Source: Gemmatimonadota bacterium
GTDB taxonomy: Bacteria > Gemmatimonadota > Gemmatimonadetes > Gemmatimonadales > GWC2-71-9
Length of the DNA: 64,000 nucleotides
Direction: 5' to 3'
Assembly: GCA_009692115.1 (NCBI GenBank)
Contig: SHZU01000003.1
Coordinates: forward strand, 35,079 to 99,078
Shown in pieces: positions 19,924-28,376 of this stretch. Numbering within the stretch: position 1 is the first letter of the stretch; each line of letters starts with the position of its first letter. The notes under the pieces were generated by a model. The model worked only from the letters and a program-made list of their open reading frames with translations. It was not told where the DNA came from and ran no database searches. Position numbers and translations under genes: made by a program.

Positions 19924-20847
19924 TCATTGGCCGGACTCCGGCAGGGGGGATCCGGTCAGAAGCTGATATGCCTCAAGGTAGCGGGCGCTGGTGGCGGCGA
20001 TGACCTCTGGGGGCAGGGTGGGCCCCGGTGCCTCCATGTTCCACTCGCCGCGGTCGTGGAGTACCTGGAGATAGTCCCGAAGCGGTTGCTTGTCGAAGCT
20101 CGGTTGTGACCGGCCGGGCTGGTATCGGTCGAGGGGCCAGAACCGCGACGAGTCCGGCGTCAGGATTTCGTCGATCAGCCGGAGGTCGCCGTTGGCGTCG
20201 GTGCCGAACTCGAACTTCGTGTCGGCAATGATGATGCCCCGGCTCAAGGCGTATTGAAGGCCGGCCGTGTAGATGGCAAGGCTTCGGCGGGCCAGTTCGG
20301 TCGCCATCGGCTCGCCCAATTCCCGGCCGACCGTCTCGGGGGTCACGTTGATGTCGTGGCCGGTCTCCGCCTTGGTCGCCGGCGAAAACACTGGGGCGGG
20401 GAACCGGTCGCTTTCCTGAAGCCCGGTGGGGAGCGGGCTCCCGGCCAGGGTCCCGGCGGTCCGGTATTCCTTCCAGGCCGAGCCGGAGAGATAGCCCCGA
20501 ATGACGCATTCGAACTGGATCGGGTCGGTGCGCCGCACCAGCATCGCCCGGCCGGCGATCTCTGCGCGATTGCCTTGGAGGCCCGGAATGTCGCGGAGGA
20601 TCTCGTCCGCGTCGGCGGTCAGAAAGTGGGTCGGCCCCAAGGGCCCGAGTTTCTTGAACCAGAACGCCGACAATTGGGTCAGCACCGCGCCTTTCCGGGG
20701 GATCGGCTCGGTCATGATGACATCGAACGCACTCACCCGATCGCTCGCCACCAAGAGCAGGCGATCGGCGCCGACCTCGTAGACCTCCCGGACCTTCCCG
20801 CGCCGAAGCAGCGGGAGCGGGAGTGAACTTCGGGTCACGACCGTCAT
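19924..20847 (-). CDS. purC: phosphoribosylaminoimidazole-succinocarboxamide synthase
   Basis: Long-form SAICAR synthetase (RGKVREVYEV...ASDRVSAFD). ATGA overlap with the purB stop. Confidence 0.95.
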   Translation of the reverse strand: MTVVTRSSLPLPLLRRGKVREVYEVGADRLLLVASDRVSAFDVIMTEPIPRKGAVLTQLSAFWFKKLGPLGPTHFLTADADEILRDIPGLQGNRAEIAGRAMLVRRTDPIQFECVIRGYLSGSAWKEYRTAGTLAGSPLPTGLQESDRFPAPVFSPATKAETGHDINVTPETVGRELGEPMATELARRSLAIYTAGLQYALSRGIIIADTKFEFGTDANGDLRLIDEILTPDSSRFWPLDRYQPGRSQPSFDKQPLRDYLQVLHDRGEWNMEAPGPTLPPEVIAATSARYLEAYQLLTGSPLPESGQ

Positions 20848-22286
20848 ACCGTCACCTCCGCGGCGGGGGCCTCGGCCGCGAGCGCGGAGGCCGTGGCGAG
20901 CAAAGGCGTCAGGTATTCATTCAGGAATTCGTGGGTTTGCTCCGGCGCCCGTCCAACGTACCGGGCCGGATCGAGTTCGGCGCGGAGTCGGTCGGCCCCG
21001 AGCGAGGCAAACTCGGGGGCGCCCGAGAGCCGCTCCAGAAGGTCGTTCGGTCCACCCTCGCTGACCTGCTTGGACACCAGGTGACTGGCCTGGCGAATGA
21101 CCTCGTGGAGCGCCTGGCGGTCGCCCCCGGCCTGAACACCAAGCATCATCCAGCGCTCCGTCGCCATGAAGGGCATCTGATCGGCCACGTGGCGACCGAT
21201 GACCGGTTCGCGGACCTCGATCCCGCTGACGATGTTGGTGGCCAACACCAGAATCGCGTCGGTGGCGAGGAATGCCTCGGGCAACGTCAACCGCCGGTTG
21301 GCGCTGTCGTCCAGGGTCCGTTCGAGCCACTGGGTGGCGGCCGTGTGGGCCGTGTTGCCGGTCAGGGAAATGACGAACCGGGCCAGCGCGTTGATGCGTT
21401 CGGCCCGCATCGGGTTTCGCTTGTAGGCCATTGCACTCGAACCGATCTGCTCCGCCTCGAACGGCTCGAGCAACTCGCCTTCGTGCTGTAGCAGGCGCAG
21501 ATCGGAAGCCATCTTGGAGGCGGATTGAGCAATGCCGCTCAGAACATCCAGCGCCATACTGTCGAGCTTCCGGCTGTAGGTCTGGCCGGTGACCGGCAGC
21601 GAGGCGGAAAACCCCAGCCGTCGAGTCACCTGGCGGTCCAACTCCCGGACCTTGTGGTGGTCGCCGCCGAACAGTTCGAGAAAGGACGCCTGGGTGCCGG
21701 TGGTGCCCTTGCACCCCCTGGTGCGGAGGGTGCCGAGCCGGTGGGTGAGTTCCTCGAGATCGAGGGCGAAGTCTTGGGCCCAGAGGGTGGCGCGCTTCCC
21801 GACGGTGGTGAGCTGGGCCGGCTGGAAGTGGGTGTAGGCCAGACACGGGAGGGCCGCGTATCGATCGGCAAATTGCCCGAGGGCGCGGGCCAGCGCCACC
21901 AACCGGCCGAGGAGGAGCTGAAGACTCTCGCGGATCACGATCATGTCGGCGTTATCGGTGACGAACGCGCTGGTAGCGCCGAGGTGGAGATACGGCCGGG
22001 CCGCCGGGGCTTGATCGCCCAGGGCATGGACATGCGCCATCACATCGTGCCGGAATCGGTGCTCGTACGTTGCCGCGACCGCCAAGTCGCAGTCATCGAG
22101 GTGGGCGGTGATCTCCTCGAGCGCCGCGGCCGGGATGTCGAGGCCCAATTCCCGCTCCGTCTCGGCGAGAGCCAGCCAAATTCGTCGCCAGAGGCCGATC
22201 TTGTGCCGCTCGCTCCAGAGGCGCTGCATGGCCGCCGAGGCGTAGCGGCTTCCAAGGGGCGATTGGTAGCGGGCGTCGTCGGTCAT
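20844..22286 (-). CDS. purB: adenylosuccinate lyase
   Basis: Fumarate-lyase signature GSSAMAYKRNP. 480 aa. ATGA overlap with the htrA stop. Confidence 0.95.
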   Translation of the reverse strand: MTDDARYQSPLGSRYASAAMQRLWSERHKIGLWRRIWLALAETERELGLDIPAAALEEITAHLDDCDLAVAATYEHRFRHDVMAHVHALGDQAPAARPYLHLGATSAFVTDNADMIVIRESLQLLLGRLVALARALGQFADRYAALPCLAYTHFQPAQLTTVGKRATLWAQDFALDLEELTHRLGTLRTRGCKGTTGTQASFLELFGGDHHKVRELDRQVTRRLGFSASLPVTGQTYSRKLDSMALDVLSGIAQSASKMASDLRLLQHEGELLEPFEAEQIGSSAMAYKRNPMRAERINALARFVISLTGNTAHTAATQWLERTLDDSANRRLTLPEAFLATDAILVLATNIVSGIEVREPVIGRHVADQMPFMATERWMMLGVQAGGDRQALHEVIRQASHLVSKQVSEGGPNDLLERLSGAPEFASLGADRLRAELDPARYVGRAPEQTHEFLNEYLTPLLATASALAAEAPAAEVTV

Positions 22287-23710
22287 CGGAAGCTCAAGGT
22301 AGTCGACGCCACATTTCCCTGCCGTTCGAACGTGATGGTGAAGGCCTGCTGGGATCCGAGTGCTCCGAGTTCACTCTTGACCTCGGCCGCAGTGGCGATG
22401 GGCCGTCGATTGATCCATCGAATGACGTCGCCCTCGCGAAGCCCGGTGGCCCGGCTGACTTCATCGGTGATCCGGAAGATCAGAGCGCCCTGATCGGAAC
22501 GGATTTGCCGCTCGGCCTGGACTCCGGGCGTCACCGTGATCAACTCGAGGCCGCTAATGACGCTGACCCGGGCGGCCGTGACGCTCGGCAAATCACCGGT
22601 GATGATCCGCCGGGACTCGACCGCGCCGGCCGGCGTTCGCTTGAAGCGAACCGCCACGGTATCGCCGACGTGGAGGTCGAGCTTGACGGCCTCCCAGTCA
22701 AGGTAGTTCCGGAGCCGGCGTCCGGCAGCCTCGACCAGGACGGCGCCCGCCTCGAGGCCGGCTCGCACGGCCGGGCCCGCTGGGGTCACTTCGGCGATCC
22801 GAACCCCGCCGGCACTCTTCCAGTCCCGCATCGAACTGGCATCGCCGACCGTGAGCCCGGTCCAGGCTCGGCGGACCGCGCCGCTCTTGACGATCTCGTC
22901 GGCGACCCGGATGGCCCGCTCGATCGGAATCGCGAATCCGAGGCCGATCGATCCGCCGGAGTTGGAGAAGATGAAGGAGTTGACGCCGATGACCTCGCCC
23001 AGGGAATTGGTCAGCGGACCGCCCGAGTTGCCGGGATTGATCGAGGCATCGGTCTGAATCATGTCGAGATAGAGGCCCGACTGGGTGTTGTTCGGTAGGA
23101 CGTTTCGCCGGGTGGCGCTGACCACCCCGGCGGTGACGGTCGGCTCCGAGTTGCCCAAGAGGTAGGTGTACGGATTGCCTAACGCCACGACCCACTCACC
23201 GATCAGGATGTCGGTGCTCTTGCCGATGGCGGCGACCGGCAGGTCCTCGGTGATTCTCAAGACCGCGATGTCGGTCGTCGGGTCTTCGCCGAGGAGGCGA
23301 GCCGTGAAATCTCGGCCATCGGCGAGCGAGACGGTGATGGAGTCGGCGTTGTCGACGACATGCTGGTTGGTGATAATGATGCCGCCCGGGCGGACGACGA
23401 AGCCGGTGCCGTACCCCTGGATCTGGCGTTCCTGGGTCCGGGGGACAAAGAACGAGAAGAAGTCCATCGGGTCGCCGGCCGGCACCTGTCGTCGGGAGAC
23501 CACGCTGATCGAGACGACGGACCGCGCGACCCGGGCGGCCGCATCGACGATCGCGGTCCGGCGGGAGGTCGTGAGCGTCTGGTTCTGCGCCGACCGCTGG
23601 GCATTGGCCGAATCGATGAGCGGGGGCATGGCCGGCTTGGCGGAGCAGGCCACGGACGCCGCCCCCAGCACGACGGAGGAGATTAGGAGCCGGAAGGAAG
23701 CGCGAACCAT
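22283..23710 (-). CDS. HtrA/DegP-family periplasmic serine protease with PDZ domains
   Basis: Trimmed to ATG 23710, which gives a signal peptide (MVRASFRLLISSVVLGAASVAC). Triad contexts TNQHVV, DIAVLRI and GNSGGPL. Confidence 0.85.
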   Translation of the reverse strand: MVRASFRLLISSVVLGAASVACSAKPAMPPLIDSANAQRSAQNQTLTTSRRTAIVDAAARVARSVVSISVVSRRQVPAGDPMDFFSFFVPRTQERQIQGYGTGFVVRPGGIIITNQHVVDNADSITVSLADGRDFTARLLGEDPTTDIAVLRITEDLPVAAIGKSTDILIGEWVVALGNPYTYLLGNSEPTVTAGVVSATRRNVLPNNTQSGLYLDMIQTDASINPGNSGGPLTNSLGEVIGVNSFIFSNSGGSIGLGFAIPIERAIRVADEIVKSGAVRRAWTGLTVGDASSMRDWKSAGGVRIAEVTPAGPAVRAGLEAGAVLVEAAGRRLRNYLDWEAVKLDLHVGDTVAVRFKRTPAGAVESRRIITGDLPSVTAARVSVISGLELITVTPGVQAERQIRSDQGALIFRITDEVSRATGLREGDVIRWINRRPIATAAEVKSELGALGSQQAFTITFERQGNVASTTLSFR

Positions 23711-24462
23711 TCGTCTGGGTACACCGCGGTTATGAAGTAGAGGCCTTGCGCCGGTGCCGGCGGACTGGTCCGCACACCGGGGTCCAAGGCCAAGAGTCGG
23801 TCCATGTCGGCGAGCGCCCGACGCCCGAGGGCCACATCCACCATCGTCCCGACCAGCATCCTCACCATATGATGGAGGAACCGGTCGGCCCAAATCGTGA
23901 GGTCCATGCCCTGATCGGCGGGCCGGAGTGCCCAGCGGGCTTCCCGAATCTCGCATCGGGTATGGGGCCGCTTCGATCGGAGCACCGAAAACGCCTTGAA
24001 ATCGTGCGTTCCCATGATCCGCCCGGCGGCCACATCGAGCCGGGCGGCGTCGAGGGCGATCCCGAGCGGCCACTCGTAGCGCCGGCGGAACGGCGACCGC
24101 GACAGTCGGTCGGTGCCGATCAGGTACCGGTAGCGCCGCTCAGTGGCCGCCCGGCGGGCCTGAAAATCGGCCACCGTTTCCCGCACCTCGGTCACGAAAC
24201 AATCGGCCGGCAGCAGCGCATTCAACGCTCGATTCAACGCCGCCGGGGTCCAGCGATCGGGGAGGGTCATACTTACCCCTAATCCCAAAGCATGGACCCC
24301 GGCGTCGGTCCGTCCTGCCGCATGCGCGCGCACCGATTGGCCCGCGAGCCGCCCAAGAACGGCCTCCAACTCAGCTTGTACCGTGCGACCTTCACGCTGC
24401 CGCTGCCAACCGACGAAGGCAGTGCCATCAAACTGGAGCGTCGCGAGAAAAGTCCGCGGCAT
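23683..24462 (-). CDS. truA: tRNA pseudouridine(38-40) synthase
   Basis: Motifs FDGTAFVGWQRQ and AAGRTDAGVHA (catalytic Asp). 259 aa. Confidence 0.9.
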   Translation of the reverse strand: MPRTFLATLQFDGTAFVGWQRQREGRTVQAELEAVLGRLAGQSVRAHAAGRTDAGVHALGLGVSMTLPDRWTPAALNRALNALLPADCFVTEVRETVADFQARRAATERRYRYLIGTDRLSRSPFRRRYEWPLGIALDAARLDVAAGRIMGTHDFKAFSVLRSKRPHTRCEIREARWALRPADQGMDLTIWADRFLHHMVRMLVGTMVDVALGRRALADMDRLLALDPGVRTSPPAPAQGLYFITAVYPDEWFALPSGS

Positions 24463-24548
24463 GAGGAATGGAATTTAGGCGGAAGGCGGCTCTGACGGTA
24501 GGACGTCGGGAGAGGTCGAGCCGACCCTCCCCTTGGCGGCTCGGGCGA

Positions 24549-25160
24549 CTATTGGTACCGGCGAATGACCCCGACCACGACCCCTTGAATCATGACATCG
24601 GTTTCCGGAAAACGGAGGGGTTGAACGTTCGGGTTGGCCGGCTGCAGCCTGACCCACCCGCCGGCCTCCCGGTAGTACCGTTTGACCGTCGCCTCAGCCC
24701 CGTTGACCAAGGCGATGACCATCTCGCCGTTGTCGGCCGCTTGCCGGCCCTGGATGACGACAAAATCGCCGTCGACGATGTGATCGTCGATCATGGAATC
24801 GCCCCGGACCTTGAGGGCGTAGTTGGGGCCCCGGCGGCTCAGCATCTGGTCGGGTACCGAGAGGGTCTCGCCGTGGACGACCGCCTCGATCGGGGCTCCG
24901 GCCGCCACGAGGCCCAGGAGCGGAATCTCGGTGGCCCCCGCCGTGCCCTTCGGCGGCAGGACTTCGATCGACCGGCTCTCGTTGTAGGTGCGCCGGATGT
25001 AGCCTTTTCGTTCCAGATTGGTCAGATGCTCGTGAACCGTCGCGAGCGACTGGAACCCGAAATGCTCGGCGATTTCCTCAAAACTCGGCGCATAGCCATG
25101 GTCGCGGATGTGGAGCTCGAGGTAGCTCAAGATCTCTTTTTGACGCTTGGTCATGGCCAT
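24549..25160 (-). CDS. lexA: LexA repressor
   Basis: Trimmed to ATG 25160 with an AGGAG RBS. wHTH N-domain, Ala-Gly cleavage site (VAAGAP), S24 Ser (RGDSM) and Lys (TVKRY). Confidence 0.9.
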   Translation of the reverse strand: MAMTKRQKEILSYLELHIRDHGYAPSFEEIAEHFGFQSLATVHEHLTNLERKGYIRRTYNESRSIEVLPPKGTAGATEIPLLGLVAAGAPIEAVVHGETLSVPDQMLSRRGPNYALKVRGDSMIDDHIVDGDFVVIQGRQAADNGEMVIALVNGAEATVKRYYREAGGWVRLQPANPNVQPLRFPETDVMIQGVVVGVIRRYQ

Positions 25161-25219
25161 GGATGGTCTCCTGAGGGCACGGGGCTCAACGCCAGACCCG
25201 AAACTATCCCAAAGTACCC

Positions 25220-25234
25220 GAACGCGGCCCGAAC
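25220..25234 (-). promoter_or_regulatory. candidate LexA operator, direct repeat GTTC-N7-GTTC
   Basis: The lexA-sense strand reads GTTCGGGCCGCGTTC, 60-74 nt upstream of the lexA ATG. It lies between a TTGCGG and a TACTTT hexamer spaced 17 nt apart. Confidence 0.4.
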
Positions 25235-25341
25235 CGCAACCAGGAGGTCGTTGTCGCCATGGAACTTGGCAACTACTTATCTTGGTGGCTTCCGCCGCCG
25301 GGGCCGCCAATTCGGCCCGAGTGGAGGTCGTCCGGACTGAC

Positions 25342-25767
25342 CTAGGGGAGAGACTGACCACCGACATCGATTCCGCGGAGGCGAGCCGTGGGCAGGCCGA
25401 ACTCGACTGGCCGATCGAGGTCGTGGTGGTCCCCACGGTTCGGGACGCCGACGGTTTGGCCTTGAGCAGTCGGAACCGGTTCCTGTCCCCTCCCGAACGT
25501 CAGCAGGCCTTGGTGCTTTCCCGGATGCTTCGGACGGTGGAGTCCGCCTGGTTGGCTGGCGTGCGAGGCGGAGCCGCGTTGCTCGAGGTTGGGCGCGAGG
25601 TGTTGGCGAGGGTGCTGGCGGTCCGCATCGACTACGCGGTGATCGTCGATCCGGCGCGGCTCGACGCCCTCGACGCGGTGGTTCCCGGGGCGATCGCGGC
25701 CGTCGCGGCGCGGGTGGGCACCACCCGATTGATCGACAACGTGATTCTTGCCGAGCGCGGATCGTGA
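25342..25767 (+). pseudogene. panC: pantoate--beta-alanine ligase, C-terminal third only (5'-truncated remnant)
   Basis: ...IEVVVVPTVRDADGLALSSRNRFLSPPERQQA...ARVGTTRLIDNVIL matches the PanC C-terminal domain. No PTMGxLHxGH N-terminal domain exists in any frame upstream, where lexA lies on the other strand. The embedding ORF is 25147-25767. Confidence 0.6.
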
Positions 25768-26297
25768 TCCCGGCCTGGGCCGCCATGGGGCCGGATCGCC
25801 TCGCTCATGTGCAGCGGGTCGTCGGGCTCGTCGATCAGTGGGCCGTCGCCATGCGGGTACCCGAGTCCGAGCGGCATCGGTGGCTTCGGGCCGCGTGGCT
25901 GCACGATGTGCTCCGCGATGCCGACCCAACCGAGTTGGCGCGGTGGGCGCCCGATGCGGTCGGTCCGATTGACCTCTGGCATGGGCCGGCCGCCGCGGCT
26001 CGCGCGCTGGCGGCAGGGGAAACCGACCGGGGCGTGCTCGACGCGGTTCGGTTTCACTCGGTTGGCTCCGCCGACTGGGACCGGGCCGGCCAGGTCCTCT
26101 ACTGCGCCGATTTTCTCGAGCCCGGCCGGGAATTCGACCGTGCTGCCCGGGCCGCGTTGGCCGAGCGCCTGCCGACCGAGTTCGATGCGGTGTACTTCGA
26201 AGTGGTGCGACGGCGGCTGTCGGATTTGATTCGCTCCGGATGGACCCTTCCCGATTCGACGGTTCGTTTATGGAATTCGCTGGCAAGCTCCGGGTAG
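25764..26297 (+). CDS. HD-domain phosphohydrolase, YqeK-like
   Basis: GTG start in a GTGA overlap with the panC-remnant stop. Motifs H..V...A, AAWLHDVLRD, HGPAAA, VLDAVRFHSVG and LYCADFLEPGR, as in YqeK-type HD proteins. Confidence 0.68.
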   Translation: MIPAWAAMGPDRLAHVQRVVGLVDQWAVAMRVPESERHRWLRAAWLHDVLRDADPTELARWAPDAVGPIDLWHGPAAAARALAAGETDRGVLDAVRFHSVGSADWDRAGQVLYCADFLEPGREFDRAARAALAERLPTEFDAVYFEVVRRRLSDLIRSGWTLPDSTVRLWNSLASSG

Positions 26298-26695
26298 CCG
26301 CCATCGCGGTCGTGGCCCTGGCGGGGGTGGTGGCGGCAGCGCTGGTGTGGCGGGGAGCCGGTGCGGCGGACCTCGTCGGTGCCCAGGCTCCCGCCGCGCT
26401 ACCGGGGATCGTCATCGAGGTTCGAAACGGCACCTCGCGGAGCGGCTTGGCCAGACAGGCAGCCCGGTTGCTTCGGGAGCGAGGAGTCGACGTGATCTTC
26501 GTCGGTACCTCGTCCGCCCGGCCAGACTCGACCACCGTATTGGTTCGGCGGGGAAGTGTGGTTCGGGGGCATGAACTGGCCCGGCTACTCGGCGGAGCGC
26601 GGGTTCGGTCGGAGCCCGATTCGCTGCTCCGGGTGGATCTCACAGTCCTGCTAGGCGCCGATTTTCGGCTCCCGAAGGGGCGCCTTCCCCTGTAG
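26270..26695 (+). CDS. LytR_C (cell-envelope-related attenuator C-terminal) domain membrane protein
   Basis: N-terminal TM segment (VAAIAVVALAGVVAAALV) followed by IVIEVRNGTSRSGLARQAARLLRERG...LLGADF. The start is uncertain (ATG 26270 or 26240). Confidence 0.6.
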   Translation: MEFAGKLRVAAIAVVALAGVVAAALVWRGAGAADLVGAQAPAALPGIVIEVRNGTSRSGLARQAARLLRERGVDVIFVGTSSARPDSTTVLVRRGSVVRGHELARLLGGARVRSEPDSLLRVDLTVLLGADFRLPKGRLPL

Positions 26696-28057
26696 GTCCC
26701 TTGCGTCGCCCGTTACCGCGATCACGATATCCATGACGTTGGTGCCGGTCAGACCGGGGCGGAGGAGTCCGCCGATGCTGGCAAGGGCGGGATGGGCATC
26801 GTGGCGAGCCAGCGCCCGACTGGGGTCGAGGCCCGCTGCCCTGATGGCGGCCCAACTGTGGCGATCGACAACCGCGCCGCCCGCCTCGGTCGGACCGTCT
26901 CGGCCATCAGTGCCCCCCGCGAGCAGGACGATGTCTTGATCGCTCGCGGTGGCCGCCAGGATCTCCGCTGCGGCGATCGCTAATTCTTGGCAGCGCCCCC
27001 CGAGCCCGTGATCCTCTCCCAACGAGACCGTGGTTTCACCGCCCCAAATCCAGGCCCGGGGCCCGCCGGCGTCCGCCGCCACGAGCCGGCCGAGGGTCCG
27101 TCCGGCCTCGGCGGCGTCGCCGGTGAGCAGGGTGTCGGTTTCGACGACCTGGTAGCCTAACGCCCGGGCTCGCTCCGCGGCGTGGACCCGCGCGACCGCG
27201 TTCGATCCGATCACACGGGACCGGACGCCGGCAAAGGCCGAGTCGGCGGGCTTCGGCGTTTCGGGCAGGTCGCCCCGTTCCACCCGGTCGAGCACCCGCC
27301 ATGCGAAGTCGGGCACGGTCACGGATCGCGGTACCCGCTGGAGGATTCGCCGGATCTCGCCGGCGGTGGACGGATCCGGCGCGGTCGGGCCGGACCCGAT
27401 ATCGGCCAAGTCGTCGCCGGGGACGTCGGACAACGCAAACACCCGGAGCGTCGCGGCGCGGAGGGCGTGGGCCAGGCGGCCGGCCCCCCACTGGGAAAAC
27501 CGCTTCCGAACCCGGTTCAAGTCGCCGATCGGGAGACCGGATTGGCCGAGGGCCCGGATGAGCACCAGGTATTCCGTCGGCGATACTTCGGATACCGGGG
27601 CGCCGATCAGGCTGGTGGTGCCTCCCGACAGCAGGACCCAGACGTCCTCGCGGGGCTCGATCTCGGCGACCGCGACGGCCAGGGCGCCCGCGGCGGCCGT
27701 CGAGTTCCGGCCGGGGAGCGGATGATCACCGGCGACCCGGATCAGCCGGGGGTCGGGCGGGCTCCCGGCGTCGGGCGTCACGACCAAGCCGCCGGCAATC
27801 GGCACGTCGAGACGGTCGAGGTGCTGGACCGCGGCGGCGGCCATCGCGTAGGACGCCTTGCCCAGGGCGATCAACCGGACCCGCTCCGGGGGCGGTGTGG
27901 TGGCGAGCGCCTGGGTCAGCGCCCGGCTGGGTTCGACACCGCGGATGGCGGCGTCGTACATTGAGATGGCGTCGTGGCGGAGTTGGTCGAGTCGGCGAGA
28001 CACGGCGGGCAATATACCTCCATCCCTCACCCGAGTGACGGTCGGATCACCGAGCAT
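26651..28057 (-). CDS. glycerate 2-kinase (MOFRL/DUF4147 family, TtuD-like)
   Basis: WIWGGETTVSLGEDHGLGGRCQELAIAAA and C-terminal GLTGTNVMDIVIA are typical of class II glycerate kinases. Convergent 45-nt overlap with the previous gene. Confidence 0.82.
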   Translation of the reverse strand: MLGDPTVTRVRDGGILPAVSRRLDQLRHDAISMYDAAIRGVEPSRALTQALATTPPPERVRLIALGKASYAMAAAAVQHLDRLDVPIAGGLVVTPDAGSPPDPRLIRVAGDHPLPGRNSTAAAGALAVAVAEIEPREDVWVLLSGGTTSLIGAPVSEVSPTEYLVLIRALGQSGLPIGDLNRVRKRFSQWGAGRLAHALRAATLRVFALSDVPGDDLADIGSGPTAPDPSTAGEIRRILQRVPRSVTVPDFAWRVLDRVERGDLPETPKPADSAFAGVRSRVIGSNAVARVHAAERARALGYQVVETDTLLTGDAAEAGRTLGRLVAADAGGPRAWIWGGETTVSLGEDHGLGGRCQELAIAAAEILAATASDQDIVLLAGGTDGRDGPTEAGGAVVDRHSWAAIRAAGLDPSRALARHDAHPALASIGGLLRPGLTGTNVMDIVIAVTGDARDLQGKAPLREPKIGA

Positions 28058-28376
28058 ATTCCCCGGATTTTATGGACTCCACCGGCTCCCGGCCGAGGCG
28101 GAGCGACGCTTGGCGGGCCGGTTCGCGATCGACTGGAATACCGACGACCGGGATCTGCCGCCCGAGCAATTGGTTGAGCTCAGCACCCAGTACGACGGCC
28201 TGGTCACGACCGTGACAGATCGGCTCCCTGAGTCGGTTTTCGCCGCGAGCGGGCGCCGGATTCGGGTGGTCGCCAACTTCGGCGTGGGGGTAAACCTGAT
28301 CGACCTCGCGGCCGCCCGGCGCCAGCGGGTGGTCGTGACGAACACACCCGATGTTCTCACGGACTGCACCGCCGAT
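28035..28376 (+). pseudogene. D-isomer-specific 2-hydroxyacid dehydrogenase (glyoxylate/hydroxypyruvate reductase-like), N-terminal third only
   Basis: ...RIRVVANFGVGVNLIDLAAARRQRVVVTNTPDVLTDCTAD matches the family up to the TAD motif. Similarity stops abruptly at 28376. The ORF then reads antisense through other genes to 29063. Confidence 0.6.
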
